Assembly (NCBI GenBank): GCA_964491475.1
Contig: CAZBFO010000001.1
Location: 263,538 to 327,537, forward strand
Source: an uncultured Gammaproteobacteria bacterium
Lineage (GTDB): Bacteria > Patescibacteriota > Patescibacteriia > SG8-24
Length of the DNA: 64,000 nucleotides
Direction: 5' to 3'
Part shown: in pieces, positions 54,503 through 64,000 of the stretch
Layout: each line of letters opens with the position of its first letter
Position numbering within the stretch: the stretch's first letter is position 1
Position numbers and translations under genes: made by a program
Notes under the pieces: generated by a model
What the model saw: the letters and a program-made list of their open reading frames with translations, nothing else
Database searches by the model: none
What the model was told of the DNA's origin: nothing

Positions 54503-54826
54503 TTAGGCGGCGTTGTTGTTGTCCACTTCCGAAACGAAATCCGAATCCGGGAAGGCGTATTCCAGCACGTCCTGGTAGCGCATGCCCACGAAGGTGGCCG
54601 GGGCGACGGTGGCGGCCTCGAGCAGCACGTCGTGCGCCATGAGCGGGTTCGGCGCAGTCGGCGCGACCGAAATCGCCGCCGTGGCACCGTTGCCGAAACC
54701 GAAAGTGAGCGTCAGCCCGTGTTCGCCCTGCGCGTCGCTGACGGTGGTCACCGTTTCGTCATGCAGGCTCTCGTGCGTGGCGCCCGTGACGGTTTCTGCG
54801 AAGCTTGTGCGGTCGTTGAGGTACAT
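54503..54826 (-). CDS. hypothetical protein (107 aa, acidic)
   Basis: ORF with good GC3 between dnaJ and the next gene; no motif. Confidence 0.45.
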   Translation of the reverse strand: MYLNDRTSFAETVTGATHESLHDETVTTVSDAQGEHGLTLTFGFGNGATAAISVAPTAPNPLMAHDVLLEAATVAPATFVGMRYQDVLEYAFPDSDFVSEVDNNNAA

Positions 54827-54882
54827 AGTGTTTGTTGGTGGTTGAGTTTGGAGTATTGGGTTGCGAGCGTGAGCGTATGCCG

Positions 54883-55173
54883 CTACTTGGTAGCGTATCC
54901 GATTTCCGCCGGAGCTTCGGAAGCCGTAACCGCGCCGTGCTGCGCTTCGTAGCGTCGCACCACGTCGGTGAGCACCGCCGCTAACCGCTTGGCGTGGCCC
55001 GGCGAGAGGATCACGCGAGCGTTGAGCATGGTCACCGGAGGAAGCTGGTTCATGAAGTCGATGACGAACTCCTCCTTTTGGAACTGGACTTGGGCGGAGT
55101 TGGAGTAGACACCGCGGAGGGCTACATCGTCGGCTTTGACTTGCATCTGGTTTTGGTTGGGTTGGGGGTTCAT
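54883..55173 (-). CDS. hypothetical small protein (96 aa)
   Basis: ORF with good codon bias inside the dnaK-dnaJ operon. Confidence 0.5.
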   Translation of the reverse strand: MNPQPNQNQMQVKADDVALRGVYSNSAQVQFQKEEFVIDFMNQLPPVTMLNARVILSPGHAKRLAAVLTDVVRRYEAQHGAVTASEAPAEIGYATK

Positions 55174-55179
55174 AGAAAT

Positions 55180-55830
55180 CTACTTCTTTAACACATCCAG
55201 CAAACCTTTTCTAAACTCTACTGCCCCGCCATTTGCGGGATGACGTACGAGGACGCACTCCTCCACACCGCAGCTCTTCAGATTCCGCTGAGCAACGCGA
55301 CCGACCGCGACAATCTCCTTAATGTCGAATATGTCGACTAGCTCGCGTAGGAATTTCTGACCCACAGCAACTTCTTCTTCGCTCGGTGTCCGATTGGAAC
55401 GATCTGCTCCTTTCTTGTGAGGATGAAAAGGATACGACGGCCACATTAGAGGAAGTTGCTTAGCGTCTTCAAGCACATTCCAGACAATAGTAGCGGACGC
55501 TTCGCTCTTTATATCTTCCCATTCTTTTGTAGTTCCGTATCCTTTCTTTTCGCCGAACATCAGCCAGCGCCTTACTCCATTCAAAATCTGACGCCGACCA
55601 GTAAACGGGACTCCAGTTAATCTTGCCCCCTTGTATCCAGGTGCCTCACTCAAGAGAAGAACTTTGGGATTGAAGGCACGCATGTCCACGAGGTAGCGTT
55701 GCAGATTCTGACGTCTCACCTCGTTATTCTTGTCATCAAACGAATATTGATTCTTCGTCGTCAATGAGTCGACGGGCTCCTTTGCCAATTCAACAATGAA
55801 TTTTTCTACGCGCTTTTCAAAGGAGCCCAT
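55180..55830 (-). CDS. uracil-DNA glycosylase superfamily protein (family-4-like motif A variant SEAPG)
   Basis: LLLSEAPGYKGARLTGVPFTG matches motif A GEAPG...G.PF.G; motif-B-like VRHPANG. Start at the MGSFEK Met with GGAGAAGAAG upstream. Confidence 0.6.
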   Translation of the reverse strand: MGSFEKRVEKFIVELAKEPVDSLTTKNQYSFDDKNNEVRRQNLQRYLVDMRAFNPKVLLLSEAPGYKGARLTGVPFTGRRQILNGVRRWLMFGEKKGYGTTKEWEDIKSEASATIVWNVLEDAKQLPLMWPSYPFHPHKKGADRSNRTPSEEEVAVGQKFLRELVDIFDIKEIVAVGRVAQRNLKSCGVEECVLVRHPANGGAVEFRKGLLDVLKK

Positions 55831-55834
55831 AGCA

Positions 55835-57751
<1,917 letters not shown>

Positions 57752-57778
57752 ATGGTTCAAGTGGGAAATGTCAGGAAA

Positions 57779-58342
57779 TTATTCAGCGACGACAACCTTC
57801 GCCGGCCGTATCACTTTCTCATGGAGCAAATACCCCGGCTCCAGCACGTTCATCACCGTCCCAGCAGCGCACTCCGGCGTGGCCGGCTGCATCATCATCG
57901 CTTCGTGCATGTTCGGGTCGAAGGGGACGTTGCTCTGGTCGATGGGTTTGACTCCGGCACCCGCGAGCACTGCGTCGAGCTGGCTGCGGATGAGCTTCAC
58001 GCCGTCGATCCACTGCTTCACGCGGGTTTCGTCGAGCGGTTCCCCTTCTTTGACGGGGCTGTGCTCGGAGGCTTTGCGGAAGCTGTCGACCACGGGCAGG
58101 AGCTTGCCGAGGAATCCGCCGACGGCGTACTTGGCGAGGTCGGCGGTGGTGCGTTCCATTTCGCGCTTCAGATTGGCGTAGTCGGCGATGGCGCGCGTCC
58201 AGCCGGCCATGTTCTCGTCGGCTTTGGCTCGGGCGGCGGTCAGTTCGTCGACGGGAGCGGCGGCAGGTTCCACCGGCACGTTCTGCGCTATGTTTTGTGA
58301 TTCGTCATCCAAAGGCGTGTTGTTCTGGTTCAAGTCGTCCAT
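57779..58342 (-). CDS. grpE: nucleotide exchange factor GrpE
   Basis: 187 aa; GrpE coiled-coil plus C-terminal beta domain; between hrcA and dnaK. Confidence 0.85.
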   Translation of the reverse strand: MDDLNQNNTPLDDESQNIAQNVPVEPAAAPVDELTAARAKADENMAGWTRAIADYANLKREMERTTADLAKYAVGGFLGKLLPVVDSFRKASEHSPVKEGEPLDETRVKQWIDGVKLIRSQLDAVLAGAGVKPIDQSNVPFDPNMHEAMMMQPATPECAAGTVMNVLEPGYLLHEKVIRPAKVVVAE

Positions 58343-58356
58343 AGTTCAGGAAAAAA

Positions 58357-59082
58357 TTACGTCCCCGCGGAAAGCTTGCGGAACCGTTCGCGCACGTAGC
58401 GCATCAGCGCGACGTTGGCATCGTAGTCCATGCGCGTGGGGCCCAAGATGCCGAAGACGCCTTCGCCGAGGTTCGGCACTTTGATGGAGGTCAGCACGGT
58501 GGAAAGGTCCTGGCCGAAGGGGTTGTCTTGGCCGATGAAGATTTCGATCTCCCCCGTCGGCTTCTTCTCGACTTCCTTGATGATCATCTCCAGGTCGTCG
58601 ACCACGCGCGAGGCGGTGGCCATCAGCGACGTTCCCTGGAACTCCGGCTTGGCGACCAGGTTGGTCATGCCGGTGAGGAAGTTCTCGTCGCCGAAGTGCA
58701 CGAATGCCGTTTCGCCGGAAAGCTGCGCGATGGTCTTGGCGAAGCCGCGAAGCGTGTGCGCCGCTTCCTGCCGCATCACCACCATCGACTGCTGGTCGAT
58801 CTGCAGGCGCGAGTCGGGCGCCAGCTCCGGTGTGCCCACGAACTCGTCCACGTAGTAGCGGTAGCCCTGCTCGGTGGGAATGCGTCCGGCCGAAGTGTGC
58901 GGCTGTTCCAGCAACCCCTTGAACTCCAGCTCGGCCATGTCGTTGCGGATGGTGGCCGAGGATACGCCCAAGTCGTGGCGCGAGGCGATGATCGCCGAAC
59001 CGACCGGCTCGGCAGAACGCAAATACTCCCGCACGATGATGCGGAAGATGTGTTTTTGGCGTTCTTCGGGGGAGTTCGGCAT
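58357..59082 (-). CDS. hrcA: heat-inducible transcription repressor HrcA
   Basis: N-terminal wHTH IFRIIVREYLRSAEPVGSAIIASRHDLGVSSATIRNDMAELE; CIRCE element immediately upstream. Confidence 0.85.
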   Translation of the reverse strand: MPNSPEERQKHIFRIIVREYLRSAEPVGSAIIASRHDLGVSSATIRNDMAELEFKGLLEQPHTSAGRIPTEQGYRYYVDEFVGTPELAPDSRLQIDQQSMVVMRQEAAHTLRGFAKTIAQLSGETAFVHFGDENFLTGMTNLVAKPEFQGTSLMATASRVVDDLEMIIKEVEKKPTGEIEIFIGQDNPFGQDLSTVLTSIKVPNLGEGVFGILGPTRMDYDANVALMRYVRERFRKLSAGT

Positions 59083-59097
59083 ATGTGCAAACCTATG

Positions 59098-59124
59098 TTA
59101 GCACTCTCTGTATACGAGTGCTAG
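59098..59124. promoter_or_regulatory. CIRCE operator (TTAGCACTC-N9-GAGTGCTAg)
   Basis: Inverted repeat ttagcactc tctgtatac gagtgctag in the hrcA 5' region. Confidence 0.8.
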
Positions 59125-59150
59125 TATAGAACGCCAAAAAAGAGTGTCAA
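59123..59150 (-). promoter_or_regulatory. sigma70-type promoter of the hrcA operon (TTGACA-16-TATACT) overlapping CIRCE
   Basis: Minus-strand TTGACActcttttttggcgttcTATACT. Confidence 0.55.
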
Positions 59151-59218
59151 GCGGCCAAAGGAAGACTCCCCTTAACCACAGGCAATAAAAAAGCCGACCG
59201 CTAAGGGTCGGCAGGCGA

Positions 59219-59722
59219 TTACTCGCTCCAGTCGAAGTGGTTTGCCCACCTCTTGATGCTGGCGACGTCGGGCACGAGCGTGCCCCCGCAGATGTCGCCC
59301 ACTATGGGCAGGCGCTTTTCCTCGTTGGCGCAGGCGATGACCAATCGGATGATCGGCACCGCCACCTCGTAGTAGTCGGCGATGGCCTGCATGACCTCCT
59401 CGCTGGGAATGCCTACGCGGAACGGCTCGAACCGGTTGGAACGGACCATCTCGCTCATCAGCCAGACGCAGTAGCCCTCGAGGGCATGGCGGGCGGCATG
59501 GCGCAGGTCGTTCCTCATCTGCAGGCTCGCGGCGAAGGGGTCGATTTTCGGGTCGGGAGCGCGTACGGCCAGGCTGTCGAGCGCGGCCTGCAGAGGCACG
59601 AGCTTGTCGACGGCGATGGCTTCGGCGATGGCGTCCCGCTGTTGGTGCAGCTCCGAAAGCCAATCCGGATCCTGTTCCTGTTCCGTGATTTCGATTTCCG
59701 TTTCTTCTTTTTCTGTCGTCAC
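59219..59722 (-). CDS. hypothetical protein with acidic N-terminus
   Basis: 167-aa ORF between maf and the hrcA promoter; no motif. Confidence 0.5.
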   Translation of the reverse strand: MTTEKEETEIEITEQEQDPDWLSELHQQRDAIAEAIAVDKLVPLQAALDSLAVRAPDPKIDPFAASLQMRNDLRHAARHALEGYCVWLMSEMVRSNRFEPFRVGIPSEEVMQAIADYYEVAVPIIRLVIACANEEKRLPIVGDICGGTLVPDVASIKRWANHFDWSE

Positions 59723-59732
59723 TCTCTCCTCC

Positions 59733-60413
59733 TTATTTTTCCCACCCCAGCTGCCGGAGCAGCCGCAGGGTGAGCTTCAGCGGCAGGCCGCTGACGCTGC
59801 TAAGGACGTCCTTGTCGGGCTTGTCTGTCCCGTGACGTCGCGCCGTTGACGGTCCCGTAAAGCCTTCGTCGCGATGACAACGGACGAACGGGGCGATGGC
59901 CGGATCTTCGTGGACGAAGGCGCCGCACGACTGCAGCACGTCGCCTTTGCCGATCAGGCAGTCAATGACCTGGTCCGGAAACGGTCCGAAGTCGACGGTG
60001 ACCGTGTCGTGGCCGCTGGCGCTGAAACGGGTCGCCGCGCTGGTGACCACGACCGTCGTGATCACGTGGACGCAGTCGTCGCGATACTGCGCCAGCCAGC
60101 GCCGCGCCTGGGTGCGACTGCTCGGCTTTTCGCGGACGTCACCGTGGAACAGGGTGACCTGGTCGGCAGTGATGACCAGCGCCTGCTCCGCCTCGTTTTC
60201 CCGCATCATGCCGATGACGGCCTCGGCCTTCGCCTGGGCGATTGCCAGAGTCAGCACGTAAGGGTTGTCGTTGCGGATGCTTTTCTCGTCGATGTCGGGC
60301 GAGCGCACCATGAACGGTATGCCCGCGTCGCGCAGCACCCCGGCCCGCCACTTGGACGAACTGCCGAGGACTATCGGTTTCCTTGGAGCGTTGTCTGATT
60401 GCAAAGGACTCAT
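59733..60413 (-). CDS. maf: Maf-like nucleoside triphosphate pyrophosphatase
   Basis: IVLGSSSKWR N-terminal motif and Maf-family length. Confidence 0.75.
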   Translation of the reverse strand: MSPLQSDNAPRKPIVLGSSSKWRAGVLRDAGIPFMVRSPDIDEKSIRNDNPYVLTLAIAQAKAEAVIGMMRENEAEQALVITADQVTLFHGDVREKPSSRTQARRWLAQYRDDCVHVITTVVVTSAATRFSASGHDTVTVDFGPFPDQVIDCLIGKGDVLQSCGAFVHEDPAIAPFVRCHRDEGFTGPSTARRHGTDKPDKDVLSSVSGLPLKLTLRLLRQLGWEK

Positions 60414-60482
60414 CGCTTCCCTCCGTCGGCCTTATTGCCGACGCCCGACCGTACGTCAACCCCGCCATTTTGTCAACATTGG

Positions 60483-60512
60483 CAACCAAAAACGCCCCGG
60501 CGAACCGGAGCG
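60483..60512. terminator. bidirectional hairpin terminator downstream of the SPFH gene
   Basis: acgccccgg-cgaa-ccggagcgt hairpin flanked by AAAAA and TTTT. Confidence 0.45.
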
Positions 60513-60525
60513 TCTTTTCAGAATG

Positions 60526-61188
60526 TTATTCCTTGTCGTCTTCGCCTTCGTCCTCGCCGCCGCCGCTGACATGCTTGATGTCCGAGAGCAGCACGTTTTC
60601 GACGAAGATGCCGCGCGGGTAGAAGATGCGCTCCAGCTCGTTCTTGGTCTCCATTTCGACCTGATCACGATGCGTAGAGAGGATGTCCTGGCTGTTGAAG
60701 CGCGAGGCGATCATGCGCATGCGGCTGCGGATGGTCGGGCGGACGATCTTGGAGACGAAGTCCTCGCCGACGTTCTGCCAGATGGTCGGCACCTGGTTGA
60801 TGTCCAAGCGAAGCAGCACGGTTCCTTCGATGGAAATGCGCTTGCCGTCGACCGTCTGCGCGGTGATGGGGGTGTCGCCGAGCGCCTGGGTGTGCTCGGG
60901 GTTGAAGCGCTTGCTGACGGAGTATTCGAGCGTCTGGGTGTTGAACAGCTTGGCCTTCTGCCAGAACGGAATCTTGAGATGCAGGCCCGGCGTCAGCACC
61001 TTCTTGAGCACGCCGCGGCCCAGGTCGTACACGCAGGCCACGTAGCCCGGCGGAACGTAAATAAAGAGTCCCTTCAGGACGTCTTCGACCACGAACGAAT
61101 ACATCATTTTGTCGAGGCTGTCGCTCATAGTAGGAAACGGGAAGGCGCAGGAGACTGCTAAGGTTAGCCATTTAATGGCACTGCGCAC
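60526..61188 (-). CDS. SPFH/band-7 (prohibitin/stomatin-like) domain protein
   Basis: VYDLGRGVLKKVLTPGLHLKIPFWQKAKLFNTQTLEYSV and following band-7 core. Start uncertain (GTG at 61188 is 7 nt after a TGCTATAGT box; alternative ATG at about 61128). Confidence 0.7.
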   Translation of the reverse strand: MRSAIKWLTLAVSCAFPFPTMSDSLDKMMYSFVVEDVLKGLFIYVPPGYVACVYDLGRGVLKKVLTPGLHLKIPFWQKAKLFNTQTLEYSVSKRFNPEHTQALGDTPITAQTVDGKRISIEGTVLLRLDINQVPTIWQNVGEDFVSKIVRPTIRSRMRMIASRFNSQDILSTHRDQVEMETKNELERIFYPRGIFVENVLLSDIKHVSGGGEDEGEDDKE

Positions 61189-61244
61189 TCACTCCACTAT
61201 AGCACAAATAGCCTTAAAAGGCAACCATCTGGGCCCCGAACCTG

Positions 61245-61946
61245 CTATTTGGCCTCCCCCGCCGCCGGCACCTTAAAAAACAGCCTGCGCGCCCCGGCGA
61301 CGAAAATCGTGAAGAACATCGAGGACAAAATGAACAGCGATTTGACCATCGGCAGGAGCAGCAGCACGACTATCGAAAAAATCGGGAACAAAAACAGGTA
61401 CATCACGTCCGGACGGCGAATCAGGTGCTCGCGGCGCTTCTGATCGGTGTAGATTTCGAGGAACAGGACGATGCCCACGGCGGCCGCCCAGCCCAGGCTC
61501 TTCTGCGCCAGGTCGAACCCGAAGAAAAGGGTGTTGACCTTGGCCGGCGCCTGCACCCAGGAGTACAGCTGCTCCTGCGGCGTGAAGCGGATGCCGCCGA
61601 TGAACACCTGGTACAGCAGGATAAGCACGAGCAGCTGCACGCCCATCACGAACACTTTGGACCAGTAGCTGACCTTGTGCTGCTTGAGCAGGTCGCGGAT
61701 CTTCTCGGCGCGCTTGACGTGGTCGGTCTTGAAGTCGCGCTCGATGGCCTCGAATTTCCTGTTGAGCTTTTCGTAGCGGAAGCGGTTGCGCTCGTCGAGC
61801 ACGGTGAAAGGCAGCAGGGCCACGCGCAGCAGCACCGTCAGCATGATCACGGCCACGCCCAAGTTCTCCGAAGCCGGCCCCGAATACAGGAAAATCAGGA
61901 CGTTCAGCAGCGGCGTGTACAGGTAGTCGTGCCAAAATGAATGCAT
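61245..61946 (-). CDS. yidC: YidC/Oxa1-family membrane protein insertase (short form)
   Basis: LLPFTVLDERNRFRYEKLNRKFEAIERDFK...KIRDLLKQHKVS loop and 5 TM helices. Start at the MHSFWHDY Met. Confidence 0.65.
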   Translation of the reverse strand: MHSFWHDYLYTPLLNVLIFLYSGPASENLGVAVIMLTVLLRVALLPFTVLDERNRFRYEKLNRKFEAIERDFKTDHVKRAEKIRDLLKQHKVSYWSKVFVMGVQLLVLILLYQVFIGGIRFTPQEQLYSWVQAPAKVNTLFFGFDLAQKSLGWAAAVGIVLFLEIYTDQKRREHLIRRPDVMYLFLFPIFSIVVLLLLPMVKSLFILSSMFFTIFVAGARRLFFKVPAAGEAK

Positions 61947-61954
61947 ACTGGGTA

Positions 61955-62614
61955 TTATGGCAATTTTTCCTTCTCGGCCGCAATCACGAAGGCTGTCGAG
62001 CTGCCGCTCCGCGGCGCCGTCCCGTCCATGTCCTTCCCGATGAGGGTGAGCAGCGCGGCGCCGACGAACGAGAAGGCCGAGGTCAGAAGGAAGATGATGC
62101 TGAACCCGAACCGCTCGGCCAAAACGCCGCCCACGGAAGAAGTGATGGCGAAGCCCAGTCCCACGGCGTTGGAATGCAGCATCCATTCCCAGCCTTCGCG
62201 GTGGCGGTCGATGTGGCGGGTGTAGATGGCCAGCCAGGTCGGCACCAGCATGGCGTAGCCGATGCCGTTGAGCGTCTCCACGGCGAACATCTGCCAGGTT
62301 TCGCGGACGAAGAGGTAGTAGAGCAGCGGCACGGCGCTGGCAATCACCGCGCCGGTGACCATGACCCGAAAGTCATCCCTCTCCCCCTTTACCGAGTCGA
62401 TATAGGAAGAAACGGGCAGCTGCATGGCCGATTTGACCACCCAGAACAGGGTGGTCACGAAGCCGACGGTTGCCAGCGAGGCGCCCGCCACCTGCTTGGT
62501 GACGAATACCGCGTAAATCGGTGCCAAAAAACCGGTAGCAGAAATCAACAGGAAGTCCGCGTAGATCATGGTCATGATCACCTTGTTGACTTTCGGTTGT
62601 TGCCACCAAGACAT
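61955..62614 (-). CDS. hypothetical 6-TM membrane protein (MFS-half-like)
   Basis: Hydrophobic profile and ETLNGIGYAML loop. Start at the MSWWQQP Met with TATAGT about 30 nt upstream. Confidence 0.45.
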   Translation of the reverse strand: MSWWQQPKVNKVIMTMIYADFLLISATGFLAPIYAVFVTKQVAGASLATVGFVTTLFWVVKSAMQLPVSSYIDSVKGERDDFRVMVTGAVIASAVPLLYYLFVRETWQMFAVETLNGIGYAMLVPTWLAIYTRHIDRHREGWEWMLHSNAVGLGFAITSSVGGVLAERFGFSIIFLLTSAFSFVGAALLTLIGKDMDGTAPRSGSSTAFVIAAEKEKLP

Positions 62615-62678
62615 AGCAGCTGACGGCCTTACGTCATTACCCAACTATAGCGCGGCCGCCGCCTATTTGGAAGATGGC

Positions 62679-62942
62679 CTAGTTCCCCGCGTCCGGAGCG
62701 GCCATCAGACGCTCTTTGAGCTCGCGCCGCATGCGCTTGATGACCGCAGCCCGCTTTTCGGCGTCGGCGGCGTTCATGTATTCCTCGGTGTATGCCAAAA
62801 ACACCGGCGTGCGGGCGCGGAGCCAGGCGCTCCCTCCCCCGCCGTTGATGGCGCGCAGGTCGTGTTCGAGGTTTTGCGTGATGCCGGAGTACAGCGAACC
62901 GTCGCTGCAGCGCATCACGTAGACGAACCAATGTTGGCACAT
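62679..62942 (-). CDS. small GIY-YIG nuclease-domain protein (YhbQ/UPF0213-like)
   Basis: WFVYVMRCSDGSLYSGITQNLEHDLRAIN...VFLAYTEEY. Start at the MCQHW Met; the track ORF extends upstream. Confidence 0.65.
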   Translation of the reverse strand: MCQHWFVYVMRCSDGSLYSGITQNLEHDLRAINGGGGSAWLRARTPVFLAYTEEYMNAADAEKRAAVIKRMRRELKERLMAAPDAGN

Positions 62943-63015
62943 AGGCGTTGCGAACTTCGGGACTTTTCCACAGGTCGCAGAACGATGGGCATAGTAACAC
63001 GGGCGGCAGACAATC

Positions 63016-63044
63016 AAAAAGCCCCCGGCTTTTCGGGGGCTTTT
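63016..63044. terminator. bidirectional terminator (gcccccg-gcttttc-gggggc)
   Basis: Hairpin flanked by AAAAA and TTTT, downstream of the minus-strand gene ending at 63058. Confidence 0.5.
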
Positions 63045-63057
63045 CCGTACACGGAGA

Positions 63058-63769
63058 TCAGGAGGCCTTCTTCTCTTCGCCGAATCCGCCCAACAGGTCG
63101 TCGATGTCCTCGTCGGAAGCGTCGATGCCGGTCTCGGTCTGTTTGGCCTTGATGGCTTCTTCTTCGGCCTTGAAGTGCTCGGTGGCACGAGCGATGAGCA
63201 GGTTCACTTCGGTGCCGGGAATCTGATTGCCGGCGCCTTTCATGCGCTTGTCGAGGGCGGCATTGAACTCGCCCATGTCGGCGAACATGCCGGAGTCGAT
63301 CATCTCCGCCAAGACCTTGCCCTGCTCGGAACTGACTTCGCCGGCGTTTTCGAGCGAACGGGCGAACGAATCGATTTCGGCCGCCTGCGCGTCGAGGCCG
63401 GCCTCCCTATAGGAGTCATGGAACTGGCCGAGCTGCTCGATGAGAGCAGCGCGAGCCCGCGCCTCATCGACACCCTCGTCCTTGGCCTGCGCCACGAACT
63501 TGTCGACGATGCTGCCAAGCTCGGCCAGGCGCTTTCCGGCGAAGGCCCTCTGTATTTCGCCCGCAGCTCTGGAGCCGAGATCGGCGACAGCCTTGGCTGC
63601 CGCCGCATCCTGCGCGGCTTCAGAAGCATTGATCTTTTCGAGATACGCACCGGGGATCTCGTCCGGTTCGGGCTCAACGACGGCTGGAAGAGTTTCGGCA
63701 GCCGGCTTCTCCTGCTGTGCTTACTTCTTCCTCGATCATGCGGCTGATTTCGGTATTGCGTTCGCTCAT
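63058..63769 (-). CDS. hypothetical acidic protein, apparently interrupted by a frameshift near 63720
   Basis: Promoter TTGACA-N17-TGCTATGTT at about 63783-63815 and ATG at about 63769 open a 31-codon ORF (MSERNTEISRMIEEEV...). The adjacent frame is open from about 63720 to 63058 and contains the track ORF 63058..63495. Confidence 0.4.
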
Positions 63770-63830
63770 AAAGGGAAACAATTACAGCCGTAAACATAGC
63801 AAAAAATGACCAAACTGTCAATCGGTCCGC

Positions 63831-63858
63831 AAAGAAAAAGACGCCTTGTTCAGGCGTC
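63831..63858 (-). terminator. rho-independent terminator overlapping the stop codon of the partial gene at the window end
   Basis: gacgcc-tgaacaa-ggcgtc hairpin followed by TTTTTCTTT on the minus strand. Confidence 0.5.
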
Positions 63859-64000
63859 CTGTCCGGCTGCCAGGGGCAGCACGGCGGTTTCGGTTTTTTG
63901 GCAGAGCGCATTGAGCAGTGCCGCGCAGCGCTTGGCGAACAGGCCTTCGGCCGCGTCGTCGAACTGCGTCAGCGCCGCCTCCCACCACCGTCCGAACATG
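63850..64000 (-). CDS. partial CDS (5' end outside window), hypothetical
   Basis: Minus-strand frame ...MFGRWWEAALTQFDDAAEGLFAKRCAALLNALCQKTETAVLPLAAGQDA* with strong GC3. Confidence 0.35.
   Translation of the reverse strand, partial: MFGRWWEAALTQFDDAAEGLFAKRCAALLNALCQKTETAVLPLAAGQDA

Noticed and set aside
60450-60475. Apparent palindrome TTGTCAACATTGGCAACC near the maf start
   Set aside because: Not a true reverse-complement match when checked base by base.

Overview
This is a high-GC window (roughly two-thirds G+C, judged by eye) that is densely coding, mostly on the minus strand, and contains no rRNA or CRISPR. Coordinates that I refined by eye may be off by 1-2 nt.

Housekeeping blocks I can read directly from motifs:
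- secD-secF, where SecD carries an inserted parvulin-type PPIase module.
- rlmN, a guanylate-kinase-like gene, and purA.
- A vWA gene, ndk, a pseudokinase-like ORF, a two-domain AAA ATPase and a partner ORF, all co-directional.
- The cytochrome bo3 quinol oxidase operon cyoABCDE.
- A sensor histidine kinase with a lone REC response regulator.
- tRNA-Gln(CUG).
- A ComG/type-IV-pilus-like operon (GspE, GspF, three pseudopilins, major pilin), including a 492-aa pseudopilin with LVIVD beta-propeller repeats.
- dnaX, corA, cysS.
- A CIRCE-controlled hrcA-grpE-dnaK-(UDG-like)-x-x-dnaJ heat-shock operon.
- maf, an SPFH protein, a YidC-like insertase and a small GIY-YIG protein.

The most unusual region is about 41.6-52.5 kb. 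It holds two giant paralogous secreted proteins of 1151 and 803 aa. Each has a Cys-rich N-terminal domain, phage-tail-fibre-like GIGTxxP...LDVNG modules, a long Gly/Tyr nonapeptide array (xYGVYGxGx) and a Cys-containing C-terminal cap. The two share near-identical DNA segments. Around them sit four paralogous small membrane-anchored proteins (possible OB-fold domain plus a Pro-rich tail) and a Cys-rich type-II membrane protein.

Other candidates for novelty:
- A membrane-anchored VirB4/HerA-superfamily ATPase with a small partner, plus a truncated paralog at the window start.
- The vWA/AAA cluster.
- A 135-bp element with perfect 30-bp inverted repeats.
- A recurring extended -10 box, TGCTATRnT, with leaderless or short-leader starts.
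- Three likely frameshifted or stop-less genes.

I cannot assign a lineage from sequence alone. Weak Shine-Dalgarno usage, ComG-like pili and giant surface proteins fit an uncultivated high-GC bacterium.
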